64,000 bases of DNA from an uncultured Chloroflexia bacterium (lineage in GTDB: Bacteria > Chloroflexota > Limnocylindria > QHBO01): the NCBI GenBank assembly GCA_963805645.1, contig CAWDVA010000005.1, positions 62,113 through 126,112 of the forward strand, read 5' to 3'. The notes beneath the pieces were generated by a model. The model saw nothing but the letters and a program-made list of their open reading frames with translations. It had not been told where the DNA came from and ran no database searches. How positions within the stretch are numbered: position 1 is the first letter of the stretch; every line of letters begins with the position of its first letter. The translations under genes and the position numbers were made by a program. This document shows, piece by piece, positions 27,677 through 36,834 of this stretch.

Positions 27677-28033
27677 ATGCGCGGCGTCGGCCAGCTGGCC
27701 CTCCGCTCGACCGACCCGCTGCGCTGCGCCGAGTTCTACGCGCATGCCTTCGGCTTCAAGCTCCGGGCGGGGAACGAAGCCGGCGTGGACCTTGAGCTCG
27801 GCGGGTTCGAGCTCTCGTTCCGGCGGGCCGAGACAGCCACCCGAGACGGGATCCAGATCGGCTTCCGCGTCGACACCGCATCCGAGGTGGACGGCTGGGC
27901 GCAGGAGCTGGCGCAGCGCGGATTCGCGCTGGTTGCGCCGCCCTCGGGCGATCGCTGGGAGGGGTCTCGGTCGTTCCGCGTCGCGGACCCCGACGGACGC
28001 CAGGTCGCCGTCTTCTACGACTGGCCGACGTGA
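27677..28033 (+). CDS. VOC (glyoxalase/bleomycin-resistance) family protein
   Basis: GAGGAAG RBS before the ATG; small beta-alpha-beta-beta-beta VOC fold signature. Confidence 0.65.
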   Translation: MRGVGQLALRSTDPLRCAEFYAHAFGFKLRAGNEAGVDLELGGFELSFRRAETATRDGIQIGFRVDTASEVDGWAQELAQRGFALVAPPSGDRWEGSRSFRVADPDGRQVAVFYDWPT

Positions 28034-28135
28034 GGCGCGCCACGGGCCGCCCCGCGTTGACTGAGAACGTCCGTTCGAGGTATAGTCCTGCGGCGTTTTC
28101 GCGTTGGTTTTGAGGGCCTCCGACCGCACCGGCCG

Positions 28136-28834
28136 GTGGCCTGTTTATTGAAGGAGCTGGGCAAGATCGCAAGGGACCTCCGAGTCAACGAGATGATCCG
28201 GATCCGCGAGGTGCGGGTCATCGACGATGAAGGGCAACAGCTGGGCGTCATGCCGACATCGCGGGCGTACGCGCTGGCCCAGGAGAAGGGCCTCGACCTC
28301 GTGGAGGTCGCGCCAACGGCGGCCCCGCCGGTCTGCCGGATTCTCGACTACGGTCAGTACAAGTACGAGCTCCAGAAGCGCGAGCGCGAAGCGAAGAAGA
28401 AGCAGAAGTCGCAGACCTTCAAGGAGATCCGTCTCCGGGTCAAGATCGACACCAACGACCTGCGGACGAAGACCCGCCGGGCGGCCGAGTTCCTCGATGA
28501 CGGGGACCGGGTGAAGGTGACGGTCCAGTTCCGGGGGCGGGAGATGACGCACGCGAACCTGGGGCGTGCGCTTCTCGACCGGGCCGCCGAGATGCTTGCC
28601 GAGAGCGGCATCGTCGAGCGGCAGCCGCTCCTCGAAGGGCGCAGCATGTACATCGTCATGGCCCCCATCGACAAGAGGGCCGAGAAGAAGAGCGAGAAGG
28701 GCGACGGCGACTCACCCGCGTCGACCGCCGAAGGCGGAGAGACGATCGGCGAGGCGCTGGCGGCAAAGGGGAAGTCCCCGGCACCGCCACCGCCGTCCGC
28801 GCCAGAGCCAGCCAATCCACCCGTGGAGCAGTAA
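28136..28834 (+). CDS. infC: Translation initiation factor IF-3 (start codon uncertain, possibly non-canonical)
   Basis: INEMIRIREVRVIDDEGQQLGV...GLDLVEV...RVKIDTNDLRTK...VQFRGREMTH. IF-3 genes often use unusual start codons. Confidence 0.8.
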   Translation: MACLLKELGKIARDLRVNEMIRIREVRVIDDEGQQLGVMPTSRAYALAQEKGLDLVEVAPTAAPPVCRILDYGQYKYELQKREREAKKKQKSQTFKEIRLRVKIDTNDLRTKTRRAAEFLDDGDRVKVTVQFRGREMTHANLGRALLDRAAEMLAESGIVERQPLLEGRSMYIVMAPIDKRAEKKSEKGDGDSPASTAEGGETIGEALAAKGKSPAPPPPSAPEPANPPVEQ

Positions 28835-28838
28835 TACA

Positions 28839-29036
28839 GTGCCGAAGATGAAGACCCACAAGGGGACGGCCAAGCGCTTCAAGAAGACCGGATCGGGGAA
28901 GTGGGTCCGGCCCAAGGCATGGCGCGGCCATCACCTCGAGATCAAGTCCAGCCGCCGGACCCGCCGCTACGCGGGCAAGGCGATCGTGAGCAAGGCGCAT
29001 GACGCTCAGCTGAAGCGCCTCATGCCGTACGAGTAG
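28839..29036 (+). CDS. rpmI: 50S ribosomal protein L35
   Basis: GTG start; MPKMKTHKGTAKRFKKTGSGK. Confidence 0.85.
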   Translation: MPKMKTHKGTAKRFKKTGSGKWVRPKAWRGHHLEIKSSRRTRRYAGKAIVSKAHDAQLKRLMPYE

Positions 29037-29045
29037 GTCTGACCA

Positions 29046-29405
29046 ATGGCACGAGTCAAGCGCGGCGTCGCCGCCCACAAGCGCCACAAGCGGCTCCTGG
29101 CCCAGGCTTCCGGCCGGCGCGGAACCCGCTCGACGCTGGTCCGTCCGGCGCGTGAAGCGCTCTTCCATGCGCTCGTCTACGCGTATCGCGATCGCCGGAA
29201 CCGCAAACGCGACATGCGTCGGCTGTGGATCCAGCGGATCAACGCAGCGTCGCGCAGCCACGGACTTCCCTACGCGCGCCTGATCGCCGGTCTGCGGGCC
29301 GCGGGCGTCGCGGTCGATCGCAAGGTGCTCGCCGATCTCGCCATCCGCGACGACGCGGCGTTTGCCAAGGTGGTCGAGACGGCCAAGGCCTCCTTTACCA
29401 GCTAG
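29046..29405 (+). CDS. rplT: 50S ribosomal protein L20
   Basis: [18 protein letters not shown]... Confidence 0.9.
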   Translation: MARVKRGVAAHKRHKRLLAQASGRRGTRSTLVRPAREALFHALVYAYRDRRNRKRDMRRLWIQRINAASRSHGLPYARLIAGLRAAGVAVDRKVLADLAIRDDAAFAKVVETAKASFTS

Positions 29406-29435
29406 CCGGCGTCGCCAACGCCGGCCACCGACCCT

Positions 29436-29465
29436 GCTCCGTTCGCGGAGCGGGGTCGTTTGTTT
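29436..29465 (+). terminator. Hairpin GCTCCG-TTCG-CGGAGC followed by a T-rich tract (GGGGTCGTTTGTTTT); candidate intrinsic terminator or attenuator between rplT and pheS
   Basis: Read directly from sequence; a second upstream hairpin (GCCGGCG..CGCCGGC) lies at 29405..29425. Confidence 0.4.
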
Positions 29466-29518
29466 TCGCGCGACAATCCCGTAGACCGGATCGAACCGAA
29501 CCGCAGGAGAGACGACCG

Positions 29519-30607
29519 ATGGACGCGAGCGAGCTGAGAACCCGCCTGGAGCGTGTTCGGGCCAGCGCCGCCGCTGCGGTCGACGCGGCAGCCGATGCCG
29601 CCGCGCTCGAAGCGCTTCGGACGCAGTTGCTCGGCCGCGCGGGTGCGCTTACCGGGCTCCTGCGGGAGCTCGGCACCGTCGACCCCGCCGAGCGGCCGGC
29701 CCTGGGGGTGCTGGCCAACGAGGTCCGATCCGGCGTCGAGCGCGCGATCGGCGAGGGACTCGATGCGCTGCACGCGCGGGGACTTGCATCTCGGCTGGAG
29801 GCCGAGCGGGTGGACATGACTGCCCCGGGCCGCCCGGTGCGCATCGGCCATCTCCATCCCCTCATGACCGTGGATCGCGATCTGCGCGAGATCTTCCACG
29901 CCTTCGGCTTCGAGGTCTTCGAGGGCCCCGAAATCGAGGACGACTGGTGGAACTTCGAGGCGCTCAACATCCCGCCGGACCACCCGTCGCGCGACCTGTG
30001 GGACACCCTCTACGTGGCCGAGCCGGGCAGCTGGGAGACGGGACCGGCCCGTCCCGCGGATGACGGCACCATCCTGCGCACCCACACCAGCCCCGTGCAG
30101 ATCCGCGCCATGAAGGCCCTGACGCCGCCGATCCGGACCATCATGCCCGGTCGCTGCTTCCGCTACGAGGCGGTGGACGCCAGCCACGGCTTCGAGTTCT
30201 TCCAGGTGGAGGGCCTCGTCGTCGACCGCGACACGTCCCTGGCCGACCTCAAGGGCATGCTGGAGGAGTACGCACGGGCGATCTACGGACCCGACACCGC
30301 GACGCGCTTCCGACCGGGCTACTACCCGTTCACCGAGCCGTCGGTGGCGTTCGACGTGGCCTGCCTGGTCTGCGGCGGTCCGGGCTGCCCGGCCTGCAAG
30401 CGGACCGGCTGGATGACGATCCTGGGCGCCGGCATGGTCCACCCGGTCGTGCTGCGCAGCGGTGGAATGGACCCCGACGAGTATCAGGGCTACGCCTTCG
30501 GCATGGGTCTCGACCGCATGACCCTCCTGCGCTACGGCATCCCCGACCTGCGCCTGCTGATGAGCGGCGACCTGCGGTTCCTCGATCAGTTCGCGGAGGG
30601 GCGCTGA
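29519..30607 (+). CDS. pheS: Phenylalanine--tRNA ligase alpha subunit
   Basis: AGGAGA RBS; class II motifs 2 and 3 (FRPGYYPFTEPS...GMGLDRM). Confidence 0.9.
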   Translation: MDASELRTRLERVRASAAAAVDAAADAAALEALRTQLLGRAGALTGLLRELGTVDPAERPALGVLANEVRSGVERAIGEGLDALHARGLASRLEAERVDMTAPGRPVRIGHLHPLMTVDRDLREIFHAFGFEVFEGPEIEDDWWNFEALNIPPDHPSRDLWDTLYVAEPGSWETGPARPADDGTILRTHTSPVQIRAMKALTPPIRTIMPGRCFRYEAVDASHGFEFFQVEGLVVDRDTSLADLKGMLEEYARAIYGPDTATRFRPGYYPFTEPSVAFDVACLVCGGPGCPACKRTGWMTILGAGMVHPVVLRSGGMDPDEYQGYAFGMGLDRMTLLRYGIPDLRLLMSGDLRFLDQFAEGR

Positions 30608-30609
30608 CG

Positions 30610-33054
30610 ATGCTGGTTCCGCTCTCCTGGTTGCGCGACTACGTCAGTTTCGACCTGTCTCCGCGCGCGCTCGCCGACCTGCTCACGCTCCGCGGCATGG
30701 AGGTGAGCGGCATCGAGATCAGCGGCGTCGAGTGGGACAACGTCGTCGTCGGCCGCCTCCTGTCCGTCACGCGCCACCCCAACGCGGACACCCTGTGGCT
30801 GACCACGGTCATCACCGAGGAGGATGGCGAGCCGCTCGAGGTCGTCTGTGGCGCACAGAACATCGCCGCCGGCCAGCTCGTCCCGGTGGCGCTTCCCGGC
30901 GCCGTCCTGCCGGGCGACCGCCGCATCGAGCGCACCAAGATCCGCGGCGTCGTCTCGAACGGGATGCTCTGCTCCGCAAGGGAGCTCCAGCTCGGGACCG
31001 ATGCCGACGGCATCCACATCCTGGGCAAGGCCGACGAGTACGCGCTGGGCACCGATCTGCGGACGATCTTCGGCGAGGTCGTCCTCGACGTCGACGTCAA
31101 GCCCAACCGCGGCGACGCCCTGTCCATGGTGGGGCTGGCCCGCGAGATCGCCGCCTTCACCGCAGGCGAGCTGCGATCGCCCGCGGTGTCAGTGCCCGAA
31201 TCCTCCGAGCGCGCCGACGGCCACGTCCGGGTCACGATCGATGATCCGGCCCTCTGCCCGCGGTTCACGGCGCGCTGGTTCGACGGCGTTGCCAACGGAC
31301 CCGCGCCGGAATGGATGCAGCGCCGCCTGCTGGCGGCCGGGATGCGACCCATCAGCGCCGTCGTCGACGTCACGAACTACGTCATGCACGAGCTGGGCCA
31401 GCCGATGCACGCCTACGACGCCGATGCGCTCCCCGGCGGGCACATCGTGGTTCGCCGTGCGCGCGCCGGCGAGACGCTCGTCACCATCGACCACGAGCAG
31501 CGAACCCTGGATGACCGAATGCTCGTCATCGCGGACGAGACCCGCCCCATCGGTCTGGCCGGCATCATGGGTGGCGAGGCGACCGAGGTGGGGGAGAGCA
31601 CGACCCGGGTCATCCTCGAGTCCGCCGTCTTCCACGGGCCCACCATCCGCAACACGGCGCGGCGCCTCGCCCTTCGCTCCGAGGCGAGCATGCGCCACGA
31701 GAAGGGGATCGGCTGGAACCTTCCGCGGTACGCCGTCGATCGCGCCGCCCAGCTGATCGCGGAGATCACCGGGGCCAGGGTGGCTACCGGCATCGTCGAC
31801 AACGACCCGGAGCCGAAGCCGCTGGTCCAGGTCCCCGTCGACCTGGCGCACACCGAGCGGTTGCTGGGCATCGAGCTCAGCATGCCGGCCGTGACCGAGC
31901 TCCTGGCACCCCTCGGCTTCGACGTCGCGGCCCAGGGCGACGGTCGGTTCGAGGTGGCCGTTCCGCCGCATCGGCTCGACGTTCTCGGTGCCGCGGACGT
32001 CGCGGAGGAGGTCGCCCGCGCCTACGGCTACGACGCGGTTCCGGGCCGTCTGCCCGCGCCGACGCTGCCGCCATTCCGTCCCGATCCGTCGGAGCCACGG
32101 CATCGCGTGCGGCGCATCCTGGCCGGCCTGGGGCTCGACGAGACCGTCACCCATGCCCTCATCGGCCCGGACGCCCTGCGGCGTACCGGCTATGACCCCG
32201 ACGACGAGCACCTGGTGCGCGTGGCTAACCCGCTCTCCGAGGACCACTCGCTCCTGCGACCGGTCCTGTACCCGTCGCTCCTCGCGTCGCTCGCCGAGAA
32301 CGCCCGGCAGCGCCGCCACGACCCGTGGATCTTCGAGATCGGAAAGACGTACCGCTACGACCCGCACGGGGGCCGGCAACCGCGGGGCGCCGACACGGCA
32401 GGCAAGGGACGCTTCGAGCTATGGCACGTGGGCATCGCGCTCCTGGGCCCGCGCACTCCGCGGTCGGTGGGAAGCGCGCCAACCGACGCCGATGTCGCTG
32501 CTCTCAAGGGCATCGTCGAGGCGCTCCACGCGGCGCTGGGCGCGCCACGACCGGCCTATCGCCCGGAGGAGGGCGACGACCGCCATCCCCATCTGCATCC
32601 GGGGCGCGCGGCACGGATCGTGGACGCCGGAGGACACGCGTACGGCAGCCTCGGCGAGGTCCATCCGGTGGTCGCCGAGGCGTGGGGCCTCACGGGACGA
32701 CCGCAGGTTGCCGCACTCGAGCTGCCGGCGCTGCTGGCCCTCGTTCCGGATGAGTTCCGCGCCACACCCATCCCGTCCGCCCAGCCCGTCGACCGAGACC
32801 TCGCGGTGGTCCTCGACGAATCCACTCCCGTTGGTGAGCTCCTGCGCATCGTGCGCATGAGCGCCGGCCCGATGCTCGTCACGGCGCACCTGTTCGACGA
32901 GTACCGTAGCGAGCAGATCGGTGCGGGCCGAGTCTCCTACGCGGTTGCGCTTCGGTTCCAGCCGGAGACCGCCGGTGACGAGAAGGCCGTGGAGAAGGCC
33001 ATGAACCGGATCCGCGGCTCCGTTCGACACCATCTCGGGGCGGAGATCCGCTGA
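30610..33054 (+). CDS. pheT: Phenylalanine--tRNA ligase beta subunit
   Basis: MLVPLSWLRDYV... 814 aa with tRNA-binding, B3/4 and B5 domains. Confidence 0.9.
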   Translation: MLVPLSWLRDYVSFDLSPRALADLLTLRGMEVSGIEISGVEWDNVVVGRLLSVTRHPNADTLWLTTVITEEDGEPLEVVCGAQNIAAGQLVPVALPGAVLPGDRRIERTKIRGVVSNGMLCSARELQLGTDADGIHILGKADEYALGTDLRTIFGEVVLDVDVKPNRGDALSMVGLAREIAAFTAGELRSPAVSVPESSERADGHVRVTIDDPALCPRFTARWFDGVANGPAPEWMQRRLLAAGMRPISAVVDVTNYVMHELGQPMHAYDADALPGGHIVVRRARAGETLVTIDHEQRTLDDRMLVIADETRPIGLAGIMGGEATEVGESTTRVILESAVFHGPTIRNTARRLALRSEASMRHEKGIGWNLPRYAVDRAAQLIAEITGARVATGIVDNDPEPKPLVQVPVDLAHTERLLGIELSMPAVTELLAPLGFDVAAQGDGRFEVAVPPHRLDVLGAADVAEEVARAYGYDAVPGRLPAPTLPPFRPDPSEPRHRVRRILAGLGLDETVTHALIGPDALRRTGYDPDDEHLVRVANPLSEDHSLLRPVLYPSLLASLAENARQRRHDPWIFEIGKTYRYDPHGGRQPRGADTAGKGRFELWHVGIALLGPRTPRSVGSAPTDADVAALKGIVEALHAALGAPRPAYRPEEGDDRHPHLHPGRAARIVDAGGHAYGSLGEVHPVVAEAWGLTGRPQVAALELPALLALVPDEFRATPIPSAQPVDRDLAVVLDESTPVGELLRIVRMSAGPMLVTAHLFDEYRSEQIGAGRVSYAVALRFQPETAGDEKAVEKAMNRIRGSVRHHLGAEIR

Positions 33055-33080
33055 GGTGCCCGCCGTGAGGACCTTGTCCA

Positions 33081-33110
33081 CGCGCGAAGCCGCCTGCTAC
33101 GCTTCGCGCG
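33081..33110 (+). terminator. Perfect 10-bp inverted repeat CGCGCGAAGC-(10 nt)-GCTTCGCGCG downstream of pheT (no U-tract)
   Basis: Read directly from sequence. Confidence 0.3.
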
Positions 33111-33159
33111 CCCGAGCGGTGCCTGCTCCGTCCGGGTTGCCATTCACGAGGGGCTGGCT

Positions 33160-33750
33160 GTGCTCGATTTCATCCAGAGTCTGAACTACATCGACTTCGC
33201 ACTGATCGTCGTCCTGGCCACCGGGGCGTTCTTCGGCTTCCAGCAGGGGCTCATCCGCTACGTCCTCAGCTGGGTCTCGCTCGTCGTCGCCTTCATCCTC
33301 GCCGCGCAGCTCAAGGGCCCGGTGACCGACGCCCTGTCCGTCTTCTGGACCGCGTTCGATCCCGTCGTCCGCGAGTTCTGGGTCTTCATCTTCCTCTTCC
33401 TGGGCCTGTCGGTGGGCGGATGGTTCATCGTCCGGATGTTCTACCGGACCACCCGCCTGCCCATCGTGAAAGAGCTCGACGAGGTCGGAGGCGCACTCAT
33501 CGGCATCACCTTTGCCGCGACCTTCATCGTCCTCTTCCTCGTCGTCTTCGACTCGCTGTTCAAGGGCGCGGCGACGCTGCCCGGCGGACCCGGGTTGCCC
33601 GCGGGCCAGACGGACTGGCTCAAGGGCTTCTACAAGGAGATGAACGACTCGGTGCTGCTGGGCGTCTTCAACCGTACCGTGATCCCCATCGCCGGCACCC
33701 TGGCGAGGCCGTTCGTCCCGACCGAGATCGCGCAGTTCCTGAAGCTGTGA
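33160..33750 (+). CDS. cvpA: CvpA-family membrane protein
   Basis: GTG start after GAGGGG; four TM helices with CvpA-like layout. Conserved cvpA-mutS2 neighbourhood. Confidence 0.7.
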   Translation: MLDFIQSLNYIDFALIVVLATGAFFGFQQGLIRYVLSWVSLVVAFILAAQLKGPVTDALSVFWTAFDPVVREFWVFIFLFLGLSVGGWFIVRMFYRTTRLPIVKELDEVGGALIGITFAATFIVLFLVVFDSLFKGAATLPGGPGLPAGQTDWLKGFYKEMNDSVLLGVFNRTVIPIAGTLARPFVPTEIAQFLKL

Positions 33751-34400
33751 TCGCGCTGCCCGCGGGAGGGCCGGCGGACCCGGCAACCGCGGACACCGGA
33801 AATCCGCCGGCGGGACCCCCCATCACCGATCGCGCCTGGTTCGACCGCTCGGCCCTTGCAGTCGCCACGGCACTCCTGGGCTGCCGGCTCGTCCACGCCA
33901 CGGCCGACGGGGTCGTGGCCGGGCGCATCGTGGAAACCGAGGCCTACACCGGGCCCGAGGATCTTGCCTCTCACGCCGCGCACGGCCAGACGGCCCGAAA
34001 CCGGACCATGTTCGGCGCGCCGGGACACCTCTACGTCTACCTGGTCTATGGCATCCATCACTGCGTCAACGTGGTCTGCGGACCCGGGGCCAAACCGGAG
34101 GCGGTCCTCATCCGCGCCGTCGCGCTGGAGGAGGGCCTGCAGCTGGCCCGCGCCCGCCGCGGCGAACGTGCAGCCGCCCACCGCCTGGCATCGGGACCGG
34201 GCAACGTGGCCCGTGCCTTCGGCATCGATCGCGGCCTGGACGGCGCCGACCTGCTGGCCGGACCCGTGACCATCACGGATGGCCTCCCCGCCAAGCGGAT
34301 CTCGCGCCGGCCCCGCGTGGGCGTCGCCTACGCGGGTGCATGGGCCTCTCGACCGTATCGCTTCCTGGTGACCGATGACCCGCACGTCTCCCGTCGCTGA
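33747..34400 (+). CDS. mpg: DNA-3-methyladenine glycosylase (Mpg/AAG family); start uncertain
   Basis: FDRSALAVATALLGCRL...GRIVETEAYTGPEDLASHA...GHLYVYLVYGIHHCVNVV. GTG overlapping the cvpA stop is the only nearby start. Confidence 0.7.
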   Translation: MIALPAGGPADPATADTGNPPAGPPITDRAWFDRSALAVATALLGCRLVHATADGVVAGRIVETEAYTGPEDLASHAAHGQTARNRTMFGAPGHLYVYLVYGIHHCVNVVCGPGAKPEAVLIRAVALEEGLQLARARRGERAAAHRLASGPGNVARAFGIDRGLDGADLLAGPVTITDGLPAKRISRRPRVGVAYAGAWASRPYRFLVTDDPHVSRR

Positions 34401-36834
34401 TCCTGATCGGGCGCCGGCACCCGGCGCCGCGGCTGATCCAGGAACCCTGCGCGCCCTGGAGTTCAGCGCGATCGTCGAGCGCCTCGCGGCGCGGACCGCG
34501 TTCGCGCCGTCTCGCGAGCTGGCCGAGGCCATGCTGCCCATGGCACATGCGCGCCACGTCGCCCTGCTCCAGGAGCAGACCGACGAAGCCGCCCGGCTCC
34601 TGGACGAGCAGGCGCAGGCCACGGTGGGCGGGGCACGGGACGTTCGCGGAGCACTCGAGCGCGCCCGGCGCGGGGGGCGCCTTGCCGCCGCGGAGCTCCT
34701 GGAGATCGCCGATACGCTTCGCGCCACGTCCGGCTTCGCCGCGCGTCTCGCCAGCTGGCGTGGCCCGCACCTCGGGGAGGTGCGCGACCTGCTGGAGGAC
34801 GCGCCGGCGCTCCGCGAACGGATCGAGCGCAGCGTCGACGAGGCCGGCGAGGTCCTGGACACCGCATCTGCGGACCTCGCCGCCATCCGCAAGCGGATGC
34901 GGACCGCCCAGGATCGCGTCCGCGAGCGCCTGAACGCCATGCTGCGCTCGACCGACCTGGCGAGCGCCATCGGCGAGGCGATCGTGACCGTCCGGGCCGG
35001 CCGCTACGTCATACCCGTGCGCGCCGAGGCCAAGAGCCGGGTCAAGGGCATCGTCCACGACCAGAGCGCATCGGGTGCGACTCTCTTCGTCGAGCCGCTG
35101 GGCGTGGTGGAGCTGAACAACACCTGGACCCAGGCCGCCCTCGACGAACAGCGGGAGGTCGAGCGGGTGCTCGAAGCGCTCTCGCGCGGGGTGGAGGCAC
35201 AGGCGGAGGCGCTCACCGCCTCTCTCCAGGCGCTGGCGCGGGCGGATCTGTGGATGGCCAGGGCCCGTCTCGGTGCCGAGCTGGACGGCGTGCGCCCGGC
35301 GGTATCCGCCGATGCCCTCGAGCTGCTCTCCGCCCGCCATCCTCTGCTGGGGCCCGGCGCGGTGCCCATCGACCTTCGGCTCGGGGACCGGTTCGGGTAC
35401 CGGGCCATGGTCATCACCGGTCCCAACACGGGCGGCAAGACCGTGTCACTCAAGACGCTCGGATTGCTGGCCCTCATGCACCAGGCCGGCCTGCGCGTGC
35501 CGGCCGCCGACGGCGCCCGTCTGCCGGTCTTCGAGCGGGTCATGGCCGACATCGGCGACGAGCAGAGCATTGCGCAGTCGCTCTCCACCTTCTCGAGCCA
35601 CCTGCGCAACGTGGTGCGATTCGTCGAATCCGCCGGCGAGGGTGCGCTCGTGCTCCTCGACGAGATCGGCGCGGGCACCGACCCCACCGAGGGGTCTGCC
35701 CTGGCCATGGCCATCGTCGAGCGGCTCCTGGCCGCCGGCGCCACGGTCGCCGCCACGACGCACTACGCCGAGCTCAAGACCTTCGCGACCGACCACCCGA
35801 ACGTCACGAACGCATCGGTCGAGTTCGACGTGGCGACGCTGCGCCCCACGTATCGCCTCACCATCGGGCTGCCGGGCAAGAGCCAGGCCTTCGCCATCGC
35901 GGAGCGCCTTGGGCTGCCCCAGGAGGTTCTTGCCGACGCGCAGCAGCGTCTCTCGGCCGAGCACCTGTCCATGGAGGAGACGCTCGCCGCCATCCAGCGT
36001 GCCGAGGTCGCCCGCGGCGAGGAGCTGGAGGAGGCGCGCGGCGATCGGCAGCGAGCCCGCGAGGAGCGCGAACGCGCGCGGGCCGGCATCGCCCGTGCGC
36101 GTCGCGAGGCGGCGCAGATCCTCGCCGATGCCCGCCACGCAGCCGACGACCTGCTCGGTCGCACGGAGCGCGAGGTGGCCGACCTGCGCCGCGAGATGCA
36201 TCGCCTGGAGAACGTCACTCGCGGCCGGCGACGCGGCCCGGGCGAGGCGGGGCTGGAGGTGCTGGAGCAGCGCGCCGCCGCGGCCCGCGCGGCCGCGGAC
36301 GATGCGATCGCGCCCCGCTCTCCCGGATCTGAGGCTCGAGCGGACGGCGATACCCCCATGGGCGAGGGCGCGGAGGTCCAGCCGCGCGTCGGGCTGTGGG
36401 GTCGCAGCCGCACGTTGGGAAGCACGGGCCGCATCGTGGAGCGCTCGGGGAAGACCGGGCGCCTGACGCTGGAAACCGAGGGTGCCCGGCTGGTCCTGCC
36501 CGCCGACGACGTCGAGGTGGTGCCCGAACCGATCAGCGGCCCACCGCCGCGCGATGCCGAGGCCGACGAGATGCGCCGCCGCGCCGCCGCTCGGGTGACG
36601 CCCACGCTCGATCTGCACGGAGAGCGAGTGGCGGCCGCGCTGGAGCGGGTGGACGAGTACCTCAACGACGCCCTGCTGGCCGGCATGGACAGCGTTGCGA
36701 TCATCCACGGCGCGGGGACCGGTGCCCTCCGCCGCGCCGTGCGGGAGCACCTCACCCAGCACCCGCGCGTGCGCGGAGCCCGTCCCGGCCGCCGCGAGGA
36801 GGGCGGCGACGGGGCGACGATCGTCGAGCTCTAG
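34375..36834 (+). CDS. mutS2: Endonuclease MutS2 (with C-terminal Smr domain)
   Basis: LEFSAIVERLA N-terminus, Walker A GPNTGGKT, C-terminal Smr (TLDLHGERV...AIIHGAGTGALR). Confidence 0.85.
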   Translation: MTRTSPVADPDRAPAPGAAADPGTLRALEFSAIVERLAARTAFAPSRELAEAMLPMAHARHVALLQEQTDEAARLLDEQAQATVGGARDVRGALERARRGGRLAAAELLEIADTLRATSGFAARLASWRGPHLGEVRDLLEDAPALRERIERSVDEAGEVLDTASADLAAIRKRMRTAQDRVRERLNAMLRSTDLASAIGEAIVTVRAGRYVIPVRAEAKSRVKGIVHDQSASGATLFVEPLGVVELNNTWTQAALDEQREVERVLEALSRGVEAQAEALTASLQALARADLWMARARLGAELDGVRPAVSADALELLSARHPLLGPGAVPIDLRLGDRFGYRAMVITGPNTGGKTVSLKTLGLLALMHQAGLRVPAADGARLPVFERVMADIGDEQSIAQSLSTFSSHLRNVVRFVESAGEGALVLLDEIGAGTDPTEGSALAMAIVERLLAAGATVAATTHYAELKTFATDHPNVTNASVEFDVATLRPTYRLTIGLPGKSQAFAIAERLGLPQEVLADAQQRLSAEHLSMEETLAAIQRAEVARGEELEEARGDRQRAREERERARAGIARARREAAQILADARHAADDLLGRTEREVADLRREMHRLENVTRGRRRGPGEAGLEVLEQRAAAARAAADDAIAPRSPGSEARADGDTPMGEGAEVQPRVGLWGRSRTLGSTGRIVERSGKTGRLTLETEGARLVLPADDVEVVPEPISGPPPRDAEADEMRRRAAARVTPTLDLHGERVAAALERVDEYLNDALLAGMDSVAIIHGAGTGALRRAVREHLTQHPRVRGARPGRREEGGDGATIVEL

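Noticed and set aside
35446-36830. Continuation of the PBP1A reading frame antisense through mutS2
   Set aside because: Overlaps a strongly supported mutS2 on the opposite strand for 1.39 kb. The translation (…GTGSAHARVLGEVLPHGAAEG…) has no PBP-like features. Treated as a read-through artefact or frameshift issue (see findings).
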